Assembly: GCF_009914755.1 (NCBI RefSeq)
Contig: NC_060934.1
Reading direction: 5' to 3' (one strand)
Source of the DNA: the human T2T-CHM13v2.0 reference genome, Homo sapiens
DNA length: 64,000 nt
Part shown: in pieces, positions 13,658 through 29,018 of the stretch
How the letters are laid out: every line of letters begins with the position of its first letter
Position numbering within the stretch: the first letter of the stretch is position 1
The notes under the pieces: model-generated
The model's database searches: none
Seen by the model: the letters and a program-made list of their open reading frames with translations, nothing else
Told to the model about the DNA's origin: nothing
Program-made: the position numbers and the translations under genes

Positions 13658-13814
13658 CAGAGCTACTCCAGGTGTGACCCAGGGACCCACAGCTTCAAGA
13701 TCACCCGAGAGGATGTTAGAAATGGGAAATCTCAGGTTCCAAGCCAGACCTGCAGAGTCCATCTTAACAACTCTCCAAGTGACTCCAATGCTCACTAAAG
13801 TTTAAGAAGCACTG
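13658..13814. mobile_element. MER5A-type hAT MITE
   Basis: 'cagagctactcca.gtgtg...gttagaaatg..aaatctcagg...ccagacc...taaagtttaagaagcactg'. Confidence 0.75.
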
Positions 13815-13949
13815 AAGCACTGGGCTAAGTTACAGGTTCATGGCTTCTCTTCCATAAAACATTAAGCCCTAATATAATCAGCTTCCTGGGAAAAAAAAAA
13901 GTAAAACAAATATTCTTTATTTCTATGTATTCATTCAAGATTTGGTTGG

Positions 13950-14250
<301 letters not shown>

Positions 14251-14674
14251 GAATTGGTTGACAACCACTATATGTCAGGCTATGCTAGACCTGGAGATGC
14301 CATGAGAGCCCACCCTGCTCATGCCCAGTGATGGCTGTACAACACTGTGAATGCACCTGATGCCATTGAATTATACAGTTAAAAATGGTTAAAACCGGGC
14401 GGGAGGGGGAATTATATGGCAAGGCAAAAGGAAAAAAAAAAAACCCACAGTCTAAAAAGAAAAAGAAAGAATCAGAACCCGACTCAGGTATACCCCTAAT
14501 GTTTGAATTATCAGGTAAGCAATGTAAAATAACTACAAATATTTTCTGAAGGACTCTAATGGAAAAAGTAGACAACATGCAAGAACTGATGGTAAATGTA
14601 AGCAGAGGGATAGACATTCTAAGAAAAATCAAAAGGAAATGCAAGAAATTTTTTAATTGCTGTTAGAAAAATGA

Positions 14675-14985
<311 letters not shown>

Positions 14986-17900
14986 AGAAGAATATTTCTG
15001 ATGGGCCCCTCAGAAGACTGCACATGGTCAAGGAAAGAAATCAGTGAGCTTGAAAATAGGTCAATAGAGATTTCCAAACTGAAATGCAGAGAATGAACAA
15101 AACAAAACAAAACAGAACATCTGAGAACAATGGGATAATCTCAAAAGGTGTAACAAAGACACAATTAGAATAAATGGAAGAAAGAGAAAATGGAGTGGAA
15201 GAAATATGTGAAGTAATAATGGCCAAGAACTTTCCAAAATTAATGACAGACACCCAATCGCAGATTCAAAATCTCAGAGATCATCAAGCAGAATAAATAA
15301 CAAAAAACTATACCTAGGCATATCATATTCAAACTACAGAAAACCAAAGACAAAGAGAAAACCTAGAAATAAGCCTGAGGGAGGAAAAAAAAAACAAACA
15401 CACACACTTTACCTACAGAGGAACAAGGATAAGAATTACAGCAGATATACATCAGAGACCATAAAAGCAAGAGAGAATAGAATGAAAAATTTTCTGTTGA
15501 AAGGGTAAAATAAATCCGCCAATCTAGACTTCAATATTTGAGAAATTATCCTTCAAAAGTGAAAAAAATAAAGATTTTTCCTATAAATGTAAACTGAGAA
15601 AATTCATCACCAGCAGACCTGTCCTGCAAGAAATATTAACAGATTTTTTTTCAGGCAGAAGAAAAACGATATAGGTCAAAAACTTGAATCTACACACGAA
15701 AAAAGGAAAAGCACTGGAGAAGAAATAAATGCAAGTAAAATAAAATCTTTTTCTTATTTCTAATTGATATAAGTAATAACTATTTGTTTGAAGTAATATT
15801 AACAATGTATTGGGTGATTATAGCAAATGAGTAAGTGAAATGAATGATAGCAATGTCTCAGTATGGTAGGGAGAAATTAGGAATTCACTTTTATAAGATA
15901 CCCTTACCACACATAAAGCAGAATAATTTTATTTGAAGGTAGACCTGGATGATATTGTAAACTCTGAGAGCAACCACTAATTTTTTTTAAAGGTGTGTAA
16001 TGATATCCTGAGAGATTAGATAAAATAGAACCATATAAAATCTTCAAGTAAAATCAGAAAAGGCAGAAAAGAAACCCCTGGCAATGAACAGAAAATAGTT
16101 ATAAACATGACTGACATTAATATTAACCCAAATATAGCAATAATCATAAAGCTGAATTGTTTAAATATTATAATTAAAAGACAGACTGTCAGAGGACAAA
16201 AAGACACAAGTATATATTATCTATATGAAATTGACTTTAAATATAAAGTTCAATGTAAAAGTATAGAGAAATACAGACCATGCTAACACTATTCTAGAGA
16301 AAGCAGGAGTTTCCATTCCCTGCAAGCCACTGAATAACAAAGAAAAAGTAATGAAAAATTTAAAAAATAAAAAAGAAAGTTGGAGTAGCTATATAAACTT
16401 CTAACGAAGAAGATTTTAGAACAAGGAAAGTTTTTAGTGATACTACATAATGATAAAGGGGTCAATTATCTAAGAAGACAGAACAATCCTTAATGTGTAT
16501 GCACTTGACAACCAAGCATCAAAATACACAAGGCAAAAATGGATATAAATGAATAGAGAAATATAACAAATCCATTACTATAGTTGGAGAGTTCAATACC
16601 TTCCTCTCAGTAATTGATACATCAAATAGATAGAAAATCAATAAGGATATAGTAAACCTAAACAATACTACCAATCAACTTGAATTATCAGTTAATTTGA
16701 TTTAATTGCCATTTATAGAATACTCCATCAAACAACAGCAGAATACACATTCTTCTCAAACTCACATGGAGTATTCACCAAGATAGATACATTATGGGCC
16801 ACAAAACACACTTTAACAAATTTCAAAGAACAAAAATAATATAAAGTGTATTCTTAGACCACAAAAGTATTAATCTAGAAATTAGTAATAGAAAGATAGT
16901 TGGAAATCCTTAAATATTTGGAAATTAAGCAACACACTTCTAAATAATGCATAGGTACAAGAGGATGTGTCAGGAGAAATTTAAAAATATTTTGAACTAA
17001 TTGAAACTGAGACTACAACTTGTCAAAATTTGTGGAATGCAGTAAAAGCAGTGTTTAGAGGAAAACATGGCATTAAATGAATGTATTAGAAAAGAATAAA
17101 GCTATAATATCAATAATCTAAACTTCCATCTTAGCAAACTAGAGAAGGAAGTACAGTTTAAATCTAAAGAAAAGAAAAATGAATAATAAAAATTGGAGCA
17201 GAAATCAATAAAGTCAAAAATAGGAAAAATAATAGAGAAAATTCTATGAAGCCAAAAGCTGGCTCTTTGGAAAGAGCAATAAATTTGATAAACCTCTAGC
17301 CAAGCTAACCAAGAAAAAAAAAAGAAAACACAAATTACCAGTATCATAAATTTAAAAAATTTCATCACTACTGGTCTCATGGATATTAAAAAAGATAACA
17401 AAAGGAGACTACAAACAACTCTTTCTATGCCCACAAACTTGATACTTTAGAGGAAATGAACTCATTCCTTGAAAGGTACAGACTACAAAAATTCACACGG
17501 AGATATAGGTAGCCTGAATAGCCCTATATCTTTCAAAGAAATTTAATCAATAATGAATAAGCCTCCACAAAAAAGCACCAATTCAGATAGCTTCATAGGT
17601 GAATTTTACCAAATATATAAGGAAGAAATAATGCCAATTCTCCACAATATCTTCCAGAAAATAAAAGGAGTAAGATCACTCCTAATCATTCTATGAGGCC
17701 AGTATTACCAAAATAACAAAATCATATAGTAAAAACATTACAAGAAAGGAAAATTACAGACCAATATTTCTCATGAACATAGACTCAAAAATTCTCAAAA
17801 AGTATTAGCAAATCAAATCAACAACATATAAAAGAATTCTGTTTCACAACCAAGTAGAGTTTATTCCAGGCATGCAAGGCTGGTTCAATATTTGAAAATC

Positions 17901-18026
17901 AATGTACTCCACCACATCAACAGACTACAGAAGAAAAATTATATGATCATATCGATTGACACAGGAAAAGCATTTGACAAAATCTGATACCCATTCATGA
18001 TTAAAAAAAAAATAACTCTCAGCAAA

Positions 18027-19803
18027 TCAAATCAAGAACTCAATCCCTTTTATAACAGCTGCAAAAAATAAAATACTTAAGAATATACTTAACCAAGGAG
18101 GTGAAAGATTTCTACACGGAAAACAACAAAACACTGCTGAAAGAAATCATAGATAACACAAACAAATAGAAACACATCCCATGCTCATGGATGGGAAGAA
18201 TCAGTATTGTGAAAGTGACCATACTGCCCAAAGCAATCTACAGATTCTATGCAATTCCCATCAAAATACCATCATCATGTTTCACAGAACTAAAAAACAA
18301 TCCCAAAATTCATATGAAACCAAAAAAGAGGCTGCAAAGCCAAAGCAATACTAAGCAGAAAGAATAACTCTGCGATCATCACATTACCTGACTTCAAATT
18401 ATACTACAAGACAAAACAGCATGGTACTGGATAGAAATAGGCACACAGACCAATGGAACAGAATAGAGAACCCAGAAATAAAGCCAAAAACTTACAGCCA
18501 ACTGATCTTCAACAAAGCATACACACACAAAAATTGAGGAAAGGATACCGTATTCAATAAATGCTGCTGGGAAAACTGGCAAGCCACATGTAGAAGAATG
18601 GATTCCCATCTCTCACCTTATACAAAAATCAACTCAAGATGGATCAAAGACTTAAATCTAAGACCTGAAACCAAAAAATTCTAGAAGATAACATCAGAAA
18701 AATTCTGGACATGGGCTTAGGCAAAGAATTCATGACTAAGACCCCAAAAGCAAATACAACAAAAGCAAAAATAAATAATGGGACCTAATTAAATGAAAAA
18801 GCTCCTGCACAGCAAAAGAAATAATCAGCAGAGTAAACAGACAACCCACAGAGTGAGAGAAAATATTCACAAACTATGCATCTAACAAAGGACTACTATC
18901 CAGAATCCACAAGGAACTCGAACAAATCAGCAAGAAAAAAAAAAAAACAAATAATCCCATCAAAAAGTGGGAAAAGGACATGAATAGACATTTCTCAAAA
19001 GAAGATATATAAACAGCCAACAAACATATGAAAAAATGCTCAACATCATTAATCACGGTAAATGCAAATTAAAACCATAATGAGATACCACCTTACTCCT
19101 GCAAGAATGGCCATAATTAAAAAGTCAAAAAACCATAGATGTTGGCATGGATGTGGTAAAAAGGGGATACTTTTATGCATCTGGCGGAAATGTAAATTAG
19201 AACAACCACTATGGAAAACAGTATGGAGATTCCTTAAAGAACTAAAAGTAGGACTGTCATTTGATCCAGCAATCCCACTACTGGGTATCTACCCAAAGGA
19301 AAAGAAGTCAGTATATGAAAAAGACACAAGTGCATGCCTATTTAGAGCAGCACAATTTGCAGTTGCAAAGATATGGAACCAACCTAAGTGCCCATCAACC
19401 AATAAGTGGATAAAGAATATGTGATGTATATACACCATGGAATACTACTCAGCCATAAAAAGGAATGAAATAATGTCTTTTGCAGCAACCTGGATGGAGC
19501 TAGAGGCCATTATTCTAAGTGAAGTAACTCAGGAATGGAAAACCAAATATCATATGTCCTCTCTCATAAGTGGGAGCTAAGCTATGAGGATGCAAAGGTA
19601 TAAGGATAATATAATAGACTTGGAGGACTCAGTGGGTAGGGGAAAGGTTGGGAGGGGAGTAAGGGATAGAAGACTACATATTGGGTGTAGTGTACACCGT
19701 TCTGGTGACAAGTGCACTAAAACCTCAGAAATCACCACTAAAGAATTTATCCATGTAACCAAAAACAACCAGTTCTCCAAAAACTATTGAAATTTAAAAA
19801 AAA
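18027..19803 (+). mobile_element. 5'-truncated L1PB (PB1-3-like) nested in the older L1
   Basis: ORF2 C-terminal peptide 19062-19424 ([16 protein letters not shown]...CWHGC); L1PB 3'UTR 'agctatgaggatgcaaagg'; TSD aataactctcagcaaa / aatacctctcagcaaa. Confidence 0.92.
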
Positions 19804-21559
19804 AAATACCTCTCAGCAAACTAGGAATAGCAGAGAACTTCAATTTGATAAAGTACATCTACAAAAGTCTATAGCTAATATCATACCTAATAGTGAGAAA
19901 CTGAACACTTTCCCCCTAAAACCAGGAACAGCTTAATATAGATATAGATGGTTACATATAGCAACATTTATAAATGTGTACATACATGTGTACATATTTA
20001 TATTTCTATATGTAACCATCAGTATATATACATCTGCTGCTCTGTCAGCTGAGAGGGTATAAGAGATGACACACCAGTAGCAAGAAGCACAACTAACATT
20101 CAAATTTTGGTTTCTAATATCATTCTCCAGTGAAATAAAACAGGGCTCTTTAAGACATGGTTGGTTTTAGGGCTGGGTCAAGAAACACACAAGATGAGCC
20201 TGGAGGAACCTGTAGTGCAAAAAAGTACTAAAAAAAAAAAAAAAAAAATGAAGAATGCAGGTGTGTCAAAGAGACACAGGAGCCAACTGAAAGAGCACCC
20301 AGTGGCCAGCACTGCAAAAATGTGAACAAAATAAATAAAGTAGCATTGGATTATAACCCGAAGTATAAAATGAATATGCAGCATTCATATCAATGTAAAA
20401 AGAAATGACTGAATATATAAATAGGAAAGAATAAACAAAGCTTCCATTCAAAAGAATTCTAAATAACTTATGTGGATGCTCTGCCCTTAGGGGAGGGGCG
20501 TAACTCCTCACTCCTTAAGTGTGGGCTGCATATGGTGACTTTCTGCTAAAGAGCACAGTAGGGAAAGGGAGAGAATTGGAAAAACCTGACAAACATGACC
20601 TCAGCCAGGTGATCAAGATCAATATCAATAGTGAGAAGTCATGTTGATAGTATGTACACTTGATGTGAGAATCTTATAATCTTAATAAAGAGGGGAACTA
20701 AGTTCCTATACCATCCTTGCAATGATTCTGTAAATCTGAACTATTCTTTAAAAAATTTAGTTTAAAAAAGAATCAAAGGGACAGGAAAACCCAAGGTCAA
20801 AGTTCAAAGAACTCACACAACTCTGAAATCCAGCCAACTCATTTGCAAAAAAATAAAAAATAAAAAGTCTATCAAGTTAATTAAGAGTGACAAAGAGTTT
20901 TAGCATCACGCACACCATAATGCTTATGCTGAACTTGATTCTGAGCTAGATGGGCTTAAGTGTATCAAATTATAGGCAAGGTGCTGATACATACCATGCT
21001 GTTTAAGAATCAGGTGGAGTGGGGATAATATCTTAATAGAATGAGGAACTTGTTTTTTAAAATGCTAAATCGGAACATGGAAGCCCAGATATGTATGCTG
21101 GCCAAATCCAAACAGTGATGGGAAAATAGAATCCCAAACATTTTGCTGCTAATTTGTGGCATTCTTGTAACTAAATTGAGCAGTTTAAGGAACACCAGGG
21201 AAGAAAGATAAATAATAAAAATGGACCTAAGGAGATTATAAACTGAGCCAGGCACTAATTAGCCCCCTCACCCCTAACACTTGACATTGCCCCATCGCCC
21301 CTCCCCACAGATTTACACCACAGCACCCGCCTCCCTGACAGCCACTCTCTGCTCCAGAGAGAAGGGTCACGCCAAGGCCTAAGAGCTCCACCACTCAGGG
21401 AACATTCCAGCACATGGCAGGGCTCTGCCAGCATGTGATGCCAACCAGAGGCCAGTTCAACTCATCTTTCTTGGACACCATTCCTTGCTCAAGGGGGTCT
21501 TGGGAATAGCCCTCTTGCTAGGAGAGCATTCACGTTAGGTGGGAAGTTTCTTTTTCACT

Positions 21560-22120
21560 CCAGAAACATTAATTAAGTATTATGTGCCAGGCACTAGTCT
21601 GACACTGGCGCTATCAAGAAAATAATCTAGGACACCTACTTTAAGAAAACCATGCAGTGGAGGAGGCCATCATGTCAACACACTGTACAAGAGAGGTGCT
21701 TCCAAGAGCAGAAGGCCTCGAGCTCTGCATGGGGAGCAGGGATGGCTCCATCAAGCCAAGAACATCTCAGATCCATGCACACATGGATGTATAATCCACA
21801 ATGAAAGCCCGATGAAGGATAATGAAAAATAGGAAGCAATGGTACAGGGTGGAAGTAATTGGGTCCAGACACTAAGAGAAAAAGGAAGGAAAAGGAGAAA
21901 CAAGTGATCATGTGAGCTGGAAGGTGAGTGAGAAGGCTTCCCTTCAGCTGTGACGGGCACCTGGGATGTAAGTAATCATGGATAAAAGGCACAGATGATA
22001 TTCCATGTGGGCAACATGGGGAGCAGGGCCTGAATTAGCACTGCCTGAGGGCATGAGGGAGAGGAGGAAGAGGACAGAAGATCAGTGCAGACTTGAGCAT
22101 CATGGAGAGCACCGTCCAGC
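21560..22120 (-). mobile_element. L2 relic
   Basis: 'aaacattaattaagtattatgtgccaggcacta' and purine-rich downstream 'gaaggcttcc...attccatgtgggcaac'. Confidence 0.5.
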
Positions 22121-22951
22121 TCAGAGGGGCCTCGGGAGAGCTGGGAGAGGCCAGGGCTGGGACTCAAGTCCGCACTGGCATCCACCCCAGACAGACTCAG
22201 AACCCTCACCAGGTACACAGGTGGACTCAGCCCCTGAACAGCCTCTTGGTACTGCATGGGAAGCCAAGACGGGCCCAAACTTTCAGGTCACTCCAAGGAA
22301 AGCAAAGATGACCCACTCCCAGCCACTAGAGGCCAACTTTGCAAAAGCTCCTAACCAAAGGTCAGAACAAAATAATGCCAGGTGACATCCTCACTTTAGA
22401 GGTGATTTTCCACAGTCATAGAGTCCCTTTGCGGGAGGGGGCTTCAAAGTCATCGGATTGGTCACCTATTCTTGCAGAAGGTGGAAATGTTAATGACAAA
22501 GGCATGCAATGTGACAAACAGAGAAGGAAATGGCCAGTCTCCGCTCCAGCCCTGCTCTCTGGCATGTCACCTACCCGGTGACAGGTACTTTAGGGGGTGC
22601 TGGAATATAACAGGGGATAAAACAGACAAAAATTTATGCCCTCCCAGAGCTTATATTTTAATGACATCTATAAATTGCAGATACCGCTAGTGCCTCCTTT
22701 ATAGAATTGTCATAAAGTTAAAGTAAGTCATGTACCGCCACAATGATTGCTTGATGGTGAAAGAAAAATATCCCCAAGGCTGGTATATATTCTCTGTAAC
22801 TGGGACTCAACAAACAGGGGAGCTGGTGATTGGATCCCACTGGGCTTCACTGCTGGAGCACCTTACTCCTGTGACCCCACTGGCTGCACTCCCACCCCAC
22901 CAGCCGTTACCTTCCCGGATTCCTCTCCAAATGTATTCCCGCGCATCCTAG

Positions 22952-23299
<348 letters not shown>

Positions 23300-24171
23300 G
23301 AAAACATTCTTTAGCAACCAAAAAGAAAAAAATTTGGTGTTTTGCCCATAACGTGTCATTTTTTTAAGTAGCCTTCCTTTATAGACACTTCCATTTACAC
23401 CCTGTAGGTTTTAAACAAAGATAATTAAATGGCTCTTTCAAGGCAAAGACCAACTGGTGTGATAGAAAATTATAGTTAAGCACAAGCTTCTAATTGAAAT
23501 ATGCAACTTACCAGACCAAGTACCTTTTGCCAAAGGCAATAGCTGCTGAGTTCATTTTCACCATCAAACATGGGAACTAAATAGCTGAAGGACTTTGAAC
23601 AAGTCCAAAAGGTGATCTCATCCAAACACACTTGCAGGACTTTCTCTGCGTCCTCACTTTCAAGCATTGGGTGCCTCGAAGCAATGCAGCTTCGAAGTCT
23701 TAAGCTTCTTGTCTGGGCAAATCGTCAACCCAAAGGCCCAGCAAGGAGTTTGTTTGTAAAGGTGAGCTCCTGCTGGCGGTCACAGGATGCTTCAGCTACG
23801 CTTTCCTGCTTTGTTCTGGAGAGAATGCCAGGCCTGGGACCGACAGTTCCAAAAGAAGGGCTCCTGGGAGTTGAGGCCCAGCCAAAAGAAGCCGTGTGTG
23901 CAGGTGAGCATGACGAGGACAAGCACAAGGCCACCGCACCCATGCTCCGTCCCTTGTCTTGTTCCTCATTTGCAAAATTCTCCAGCTCAGCTGGGACTCA
24001 CAACCCAACCTTCCCCACTGATCGCTCTCTGCTGTATTTTCCCAAATGCTCACACCTGTTCCTGCTGGCAATGATGAACTTCACCTGAGCCCTGTGTCCC
24101 AGAAAAGAAATCCTGCCCCCATCGATGCTTTTGCATTAGGGGAGGTGGCTCGCTGCAAAGAGCCACCCTTC

Positions 24172-25170
24172 TGCATAAGATTTAAATAAGCAACCCCTTG
24201 TTTATCTGTGACAAAGCCAGACACAGACCCTCACAGACACAGAGAATCCTGATTCTCTGTCTCATAAACGATCAGCTGAACTCTTCCTCCCCACTGACCA
24301 ACCTGGACAAAAATGCCCACGGACTTGACTTGAGCAGATGTTCCTCAGGCTTCTCTCCCCAGGCCCCTACAGTTTGGTTTAACCTTGAGCATTGGAGCAA
24401 CAAACAACCCCTTCTTAACGGCCCCTCATGAGAATCAGCTGACCTCATGGAAAAGTATTCCTTGATGCGCTGTCAGTCATCGGGCGCTGGATCCACTGTC
24501 ATTCACACACCCAGTTCTTTCTAACCTTGTTTACTCCTCCCTGTAAAAGAAAACCATTTTTCTGCTTGACCTTAGACAGCTTGCAGAGCTCATGGTTGGA
24601 GTATTCTCTTTATTACAATAACCCCCACCCCTCCATTGCAGTACCCCCCTCCTCCTATTACAATAGCCCCCTCCCCCTGTTGTGATAGCTCCCCTCCCTC
24701 TCTTGCAATTGTCCTCTTCTTAGTCCATTCAGACTGCTATAATAAAAGACGGTAAACTGGGTGGCTTATAAGAGAAACGCATTTCTCACAGTTCCAGAGG
24801 CTGGAAAGTCCTATATCAAGGTACCAGCAAATCTGCTTTCTGGTGAGGGCCCATTTCCTGGTTCAGAGCTACTAGTGCCTTCTCACTGAGCCCTCATTTG
24901 GCAGAGGAGATGAGGGAGCACTCTGTGGCCTATGTCGTAAGGATACTAATCCCATTCATGAGGGCTTTGCCCCCATGACCTAATCACTCCCCAAAGACCC
25001 CACTTACCGATACCATCACCTTGGAGGTGAGGATTTCAAATAGGAATCTGGCAGCAGACAGAAGAGTTCAGACTATAGCAGTCCCCTTCTTCTTAGTCCA
25101 ATCATCCTAAAGAAGGTCTCATTACAGTCAGGTCTCTTCCTACCTAAATCCAGATGCTAATCTGGATTTC
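24172..25170 (+). mobile_element. ERV1 LTR (MER67/MER31-like), split by an MLT1A insertion
   Basis: 'ccccttgtttatctgtgacaaagccagacacagaccc' 5' motif; repeated 'cctattgcaatag'-type units near the 3' end. Confidence 0.65.
24716..25080 (-). mobile_element. MLT1A0-like MaLR LTR
   Basis: 'tcttagtccattcagactgctataa...aaactgggtggctta...ttcagactatagca'; TSD gtcct/gtccc. Confidence 0.88.
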
Positions 25171-25380
25171 TACCTGCCACGCTAGTTCCCATCTTCCACA
25201 CGCCCTTTCTGTCAGCCTCCCTTGTCCTTGATGACCTGGAAAGATCTGATGTACCTTCCATGACTCAGCTCACCTACTCCTTAGAGCCATCCCTGAATAC
25301 CCCACCTCCCCAACTCAGCCCAATGGAAAGTGGATGGTTAATACCCAGGTTGGGGGTCTGGCCGACCATGGTACCAACTA

Positions 25381-25968
<588 letters not shown>

Positions 25969-26248
25969 CTATTGTTGGTTGGTGCCATAACTCACTGTGG
26001 TAGCACTATTAACTGCTCCTTCATAAATGCACTATGTATACAAACAAAGTCTTTCCCAGCATGAGATCTATGGGGAGGAAAAATTCTGGAAGATGTTCCA
26101 AGATGGACAAAGGTGACCCCTCATCTTACGCTGAAGCCAGAGAAGTTGAGGGGCTTGCCATGTTCACATCACAATAACCAGGGTCACGGATATGCCTCTA
26201 AGGTAAGTTTTACTTGGCTAGCACTGTTTTTGTTTTCTTGTAAAATAT

Positions 26249-27678
26249 GGTTTTTCAAATTTTATTTGTATCCATTTAAGGGGTAGTAGTAAAGTCTGAG
26301 CTTTTAGTGTAACCATCACCCAAACAGTGTACTTCATACCCATTAAGTAATTTCTCATCTCTCACCACCCCCACCCTTCTGAGTCTCCAGTGTCTATTAC
26401 TCCGCAGCCTGTATCCATGTGTAGACATCACTTAGCTCCCACTTATAAGTGAGAATATGTGGTATTTAATTTTATGTTTCTGAGTTGTTTTGCTTAATAG
26501 CCTCCAGTTCTATCCATGTTGCTGCAAAATTCATGATTTTATTATTTTTATGGCTGAGTAGTATTCCATTGTGTACCATACTTTATCTAATTATCCATTG
26601 ACATACACTTAGGTTGATTTCTTATCTTTACTATTGTGAATAGTGCTGCAGTAAACACATGAATACAGGTATCTGTTTGATACAACGATTTCTTTTCCTT
26701 TGGGTAGATACCCACTAGTGAGATTGCTGAATCAAATGTAGTTCTGTTTTTAGTTCTTTGAGAAACCTCCATACTATTTTCCATAGAGGTTGTGCTAATT
26801 TACATTCCCACCAACATCTCTGCATCCTCCCCAACATCTGACATTTTTTTATTTTTGAATAATAACCACTCTATTATAAGATGGTATCTCATTGTGGTTT
26901 TAATTTTCATTTCTCTGATGATTAGTGATGTTAAGCATTTTTTCATATATTTGTTGGTCATTTGTGTATCTTCTTTTGAAAAATGTCTATTCACGTCCTT
27001 TGCCCAGTTTTTAATTGGGTTTATTTGTTTTGTTCTGCTTGTTGAGTTGCTTGAGCTCCCTGTAAATTCTGGATATTAGTCCCCTGTCAGTTTCATAGTT
27101 TGCCAATATTTTCTCCCATTCTGCAGGTTGCCTGTTCACTTGGTTGATTATTTCTTTTGCTGTACAGAAGCTTTTTAGTTAATAATTAAGTCTGATTTGT
27201 CTATTTTTGGTTTTGTTGCTTGTGTTTTTGAGGTCTTAATCATGAATTATTTGCCTAGACCAATATCCAGCAGAGTTTTCCCTAGGATTCCTTCTAGTAT
27301 TTTTACAGTTTCAGGTCTTACATTTAAGTCTTTAATCCATCTTGCATTGATTTTTGTATACTTTGAGAGACAGGGGTCCAGTTTTAGTCTTCTGAATATG
27401 GCTGTCCAATTTTTCTAGCAGCATATGTTAAAAAGGATGTCCTTTCCATAGTGTTTTTGTCACCTTTGTCAAAGATTGGTTGGCTGAAGATACATGGCTT
27501 TGTTTCTATTTGTTTCTGTTGTTCTTTATTCTGGTCCATTGGCCCATGTGTCTATTTTAATGCCAGTACCATGCTGTTTAGGTTACTACAGCCTTGTAGT
27601 GTAATTTAAGTTAGGTAACGTGATGTCTCCAGTTTTGTCCTTTTTGCATGGCATTGCTTTGGCTGTTTGTGTTTTCTT
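26249..27678 (-). mobile_element. 5'-truncated L1 (L1PREC2-like)
   Basis: 3'UTR 'cttttagtgtaaccatcaccc...cccattaagtaatttctcatc'; ORF2 C-terminal peptides on - ([20 protein letters not shown]). Confidence 0.88.
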
Positions 27679-28029
27679 ATAAATCTGAACTTGAGCAATC
27701 TCAATTCTGGTGGGCTAATCATTCAAATGTATGTCCTCTGTTGTTCCACAGGCCCAACATCCACTGACTTACCCCCACCAGATCCCCATGGTTGGCATCT
27801 GCAGGTATCCTGTGGACATTTTAGCTTATGACTTCAAATCAGGTCTCCTGCCTCTTCAATCAGTGGCTTTGCTGTGAGACATGATGTCCCTGGCTGGCTG
27901 GGAACACCTTCACCTGTTACTCAGAAGAGCTCTGCACCAAGTCTGCATTGCAGGCCAAGAGAATCTATCAGGTGCTCAAGAAATTCATTCAGAAGTCCAA
28001 CATGCAAAAATTCACTTAACTTCAAAAGC

Positions 28030-28290
28030 ATGATTTTCCTTTCTGACATAGCCTTTCTACTTTTAGAAACATATCTTAAGGAAATATGGTCCAAAGAAAA
28101 TGTGTATAATGATGTTCATCAGAATGAATTGAATACCCCAAAAATGGAAACAATTTAGACGTCTAGCAATGTGGCACTAAGCACATAATTTATAGCCAAT
28201 CAGAAACTATATTGCCATTAAAAATCATATCTATGCTATAATCTGATACATGTTTAATAACATATTAATAGCACATATTTAACTGGGAAA
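28030..28290 (+). mobile_element. L1ME 3' fragment
   Basis: 'ttctacttttagaaacatatcttaaggaaat', 'gatgttcatc', 'aatggaaacaatttaga', 'gccattaaaaatcat'. Confidence 0.55.
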
Positions 28291-28294
28291 AAAT

Positions 28295-28860
28295 TGCAGT
28301 AGATCCAGTTTGCTTAGATTCCTGATTCCCCCACCTCAGGGGCCTTGGCTGCTTGCTCAATGGGAGTCCCAGCTGCTGCCACCATGACCTAGTTTCCTGC
28401 TGCCTCAGCCTCCCCAGGCAAAGGCTGGGCTCAGGCTCAGGCCCCACTGCTCCATCAATAAACCCATATAGGCCATGGAACTGCCCACCACTCCCAGGCC
28501 CAGATGAAGCCCTGGGCCACGGGGTGAGAGCTGGTTTTACCAATGGCTCCCTGTAGAGGGTGGCAACAAAGCACAGAAATGCCAGGAAGCCGATATACCA
28601 TAGGGCAAAATTTGACCAATAAGAGGCAAAAGATCAAAAAGAGGCTTGGATAAGAATCCCTCCCTCCCAGTCCCTAACCAACTGTCAAAAGACAGCCAGC
28701 TGAGTGTTCCTGCAAAGTTCTTGAAAGCTCAATAAGGTACCACATCATATTTGGTTTTTGTTTTTTCCTGCCTCCTTCCCTTTCCCCTCACCGTTGTTGC
28801 CCTGGGATTGCACTTCCCAGTAAAGCCTTAGCAAATAAGCTGGGTGTCTGGACTAAAACA
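28295..28860 (+). mobile_element. ERVL-class solo LTR (LTR41/LTR16-group-like)
   Basis: 'gggcaaaatttgaccaataagag', 'ccctgggattgcacttcccagtaaagccttagca', TG...'gactaaaaCA' ends. Confidence 0.65.
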
Positions 28861-29018
28861 AAAATCTAATAAATATTATACATGTATATATATACACACA
28901 CATGTGTATGAGGGAGAGAGAGAATTGGGGTCATGGATGATTTTTATTTCATTTTACATTTTAAATTTTAATAAATTTTAATATTACATTTATAATATTT
29001 AAAGTTTATCCTTATGAG

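Noticed and set aside
19062-19424. 120-aa ORF with a Cys-rich motif
   Set aside because: L1 ORF2 C-terminal remnant of a truncated L1PB; not an independent CDS
23612-24088. 158-aa ORF with two plus-strand GTGAGC donor-like sites
   Set aside because: Non-ATG start, no recognisable domain and no convincing paired acceptor
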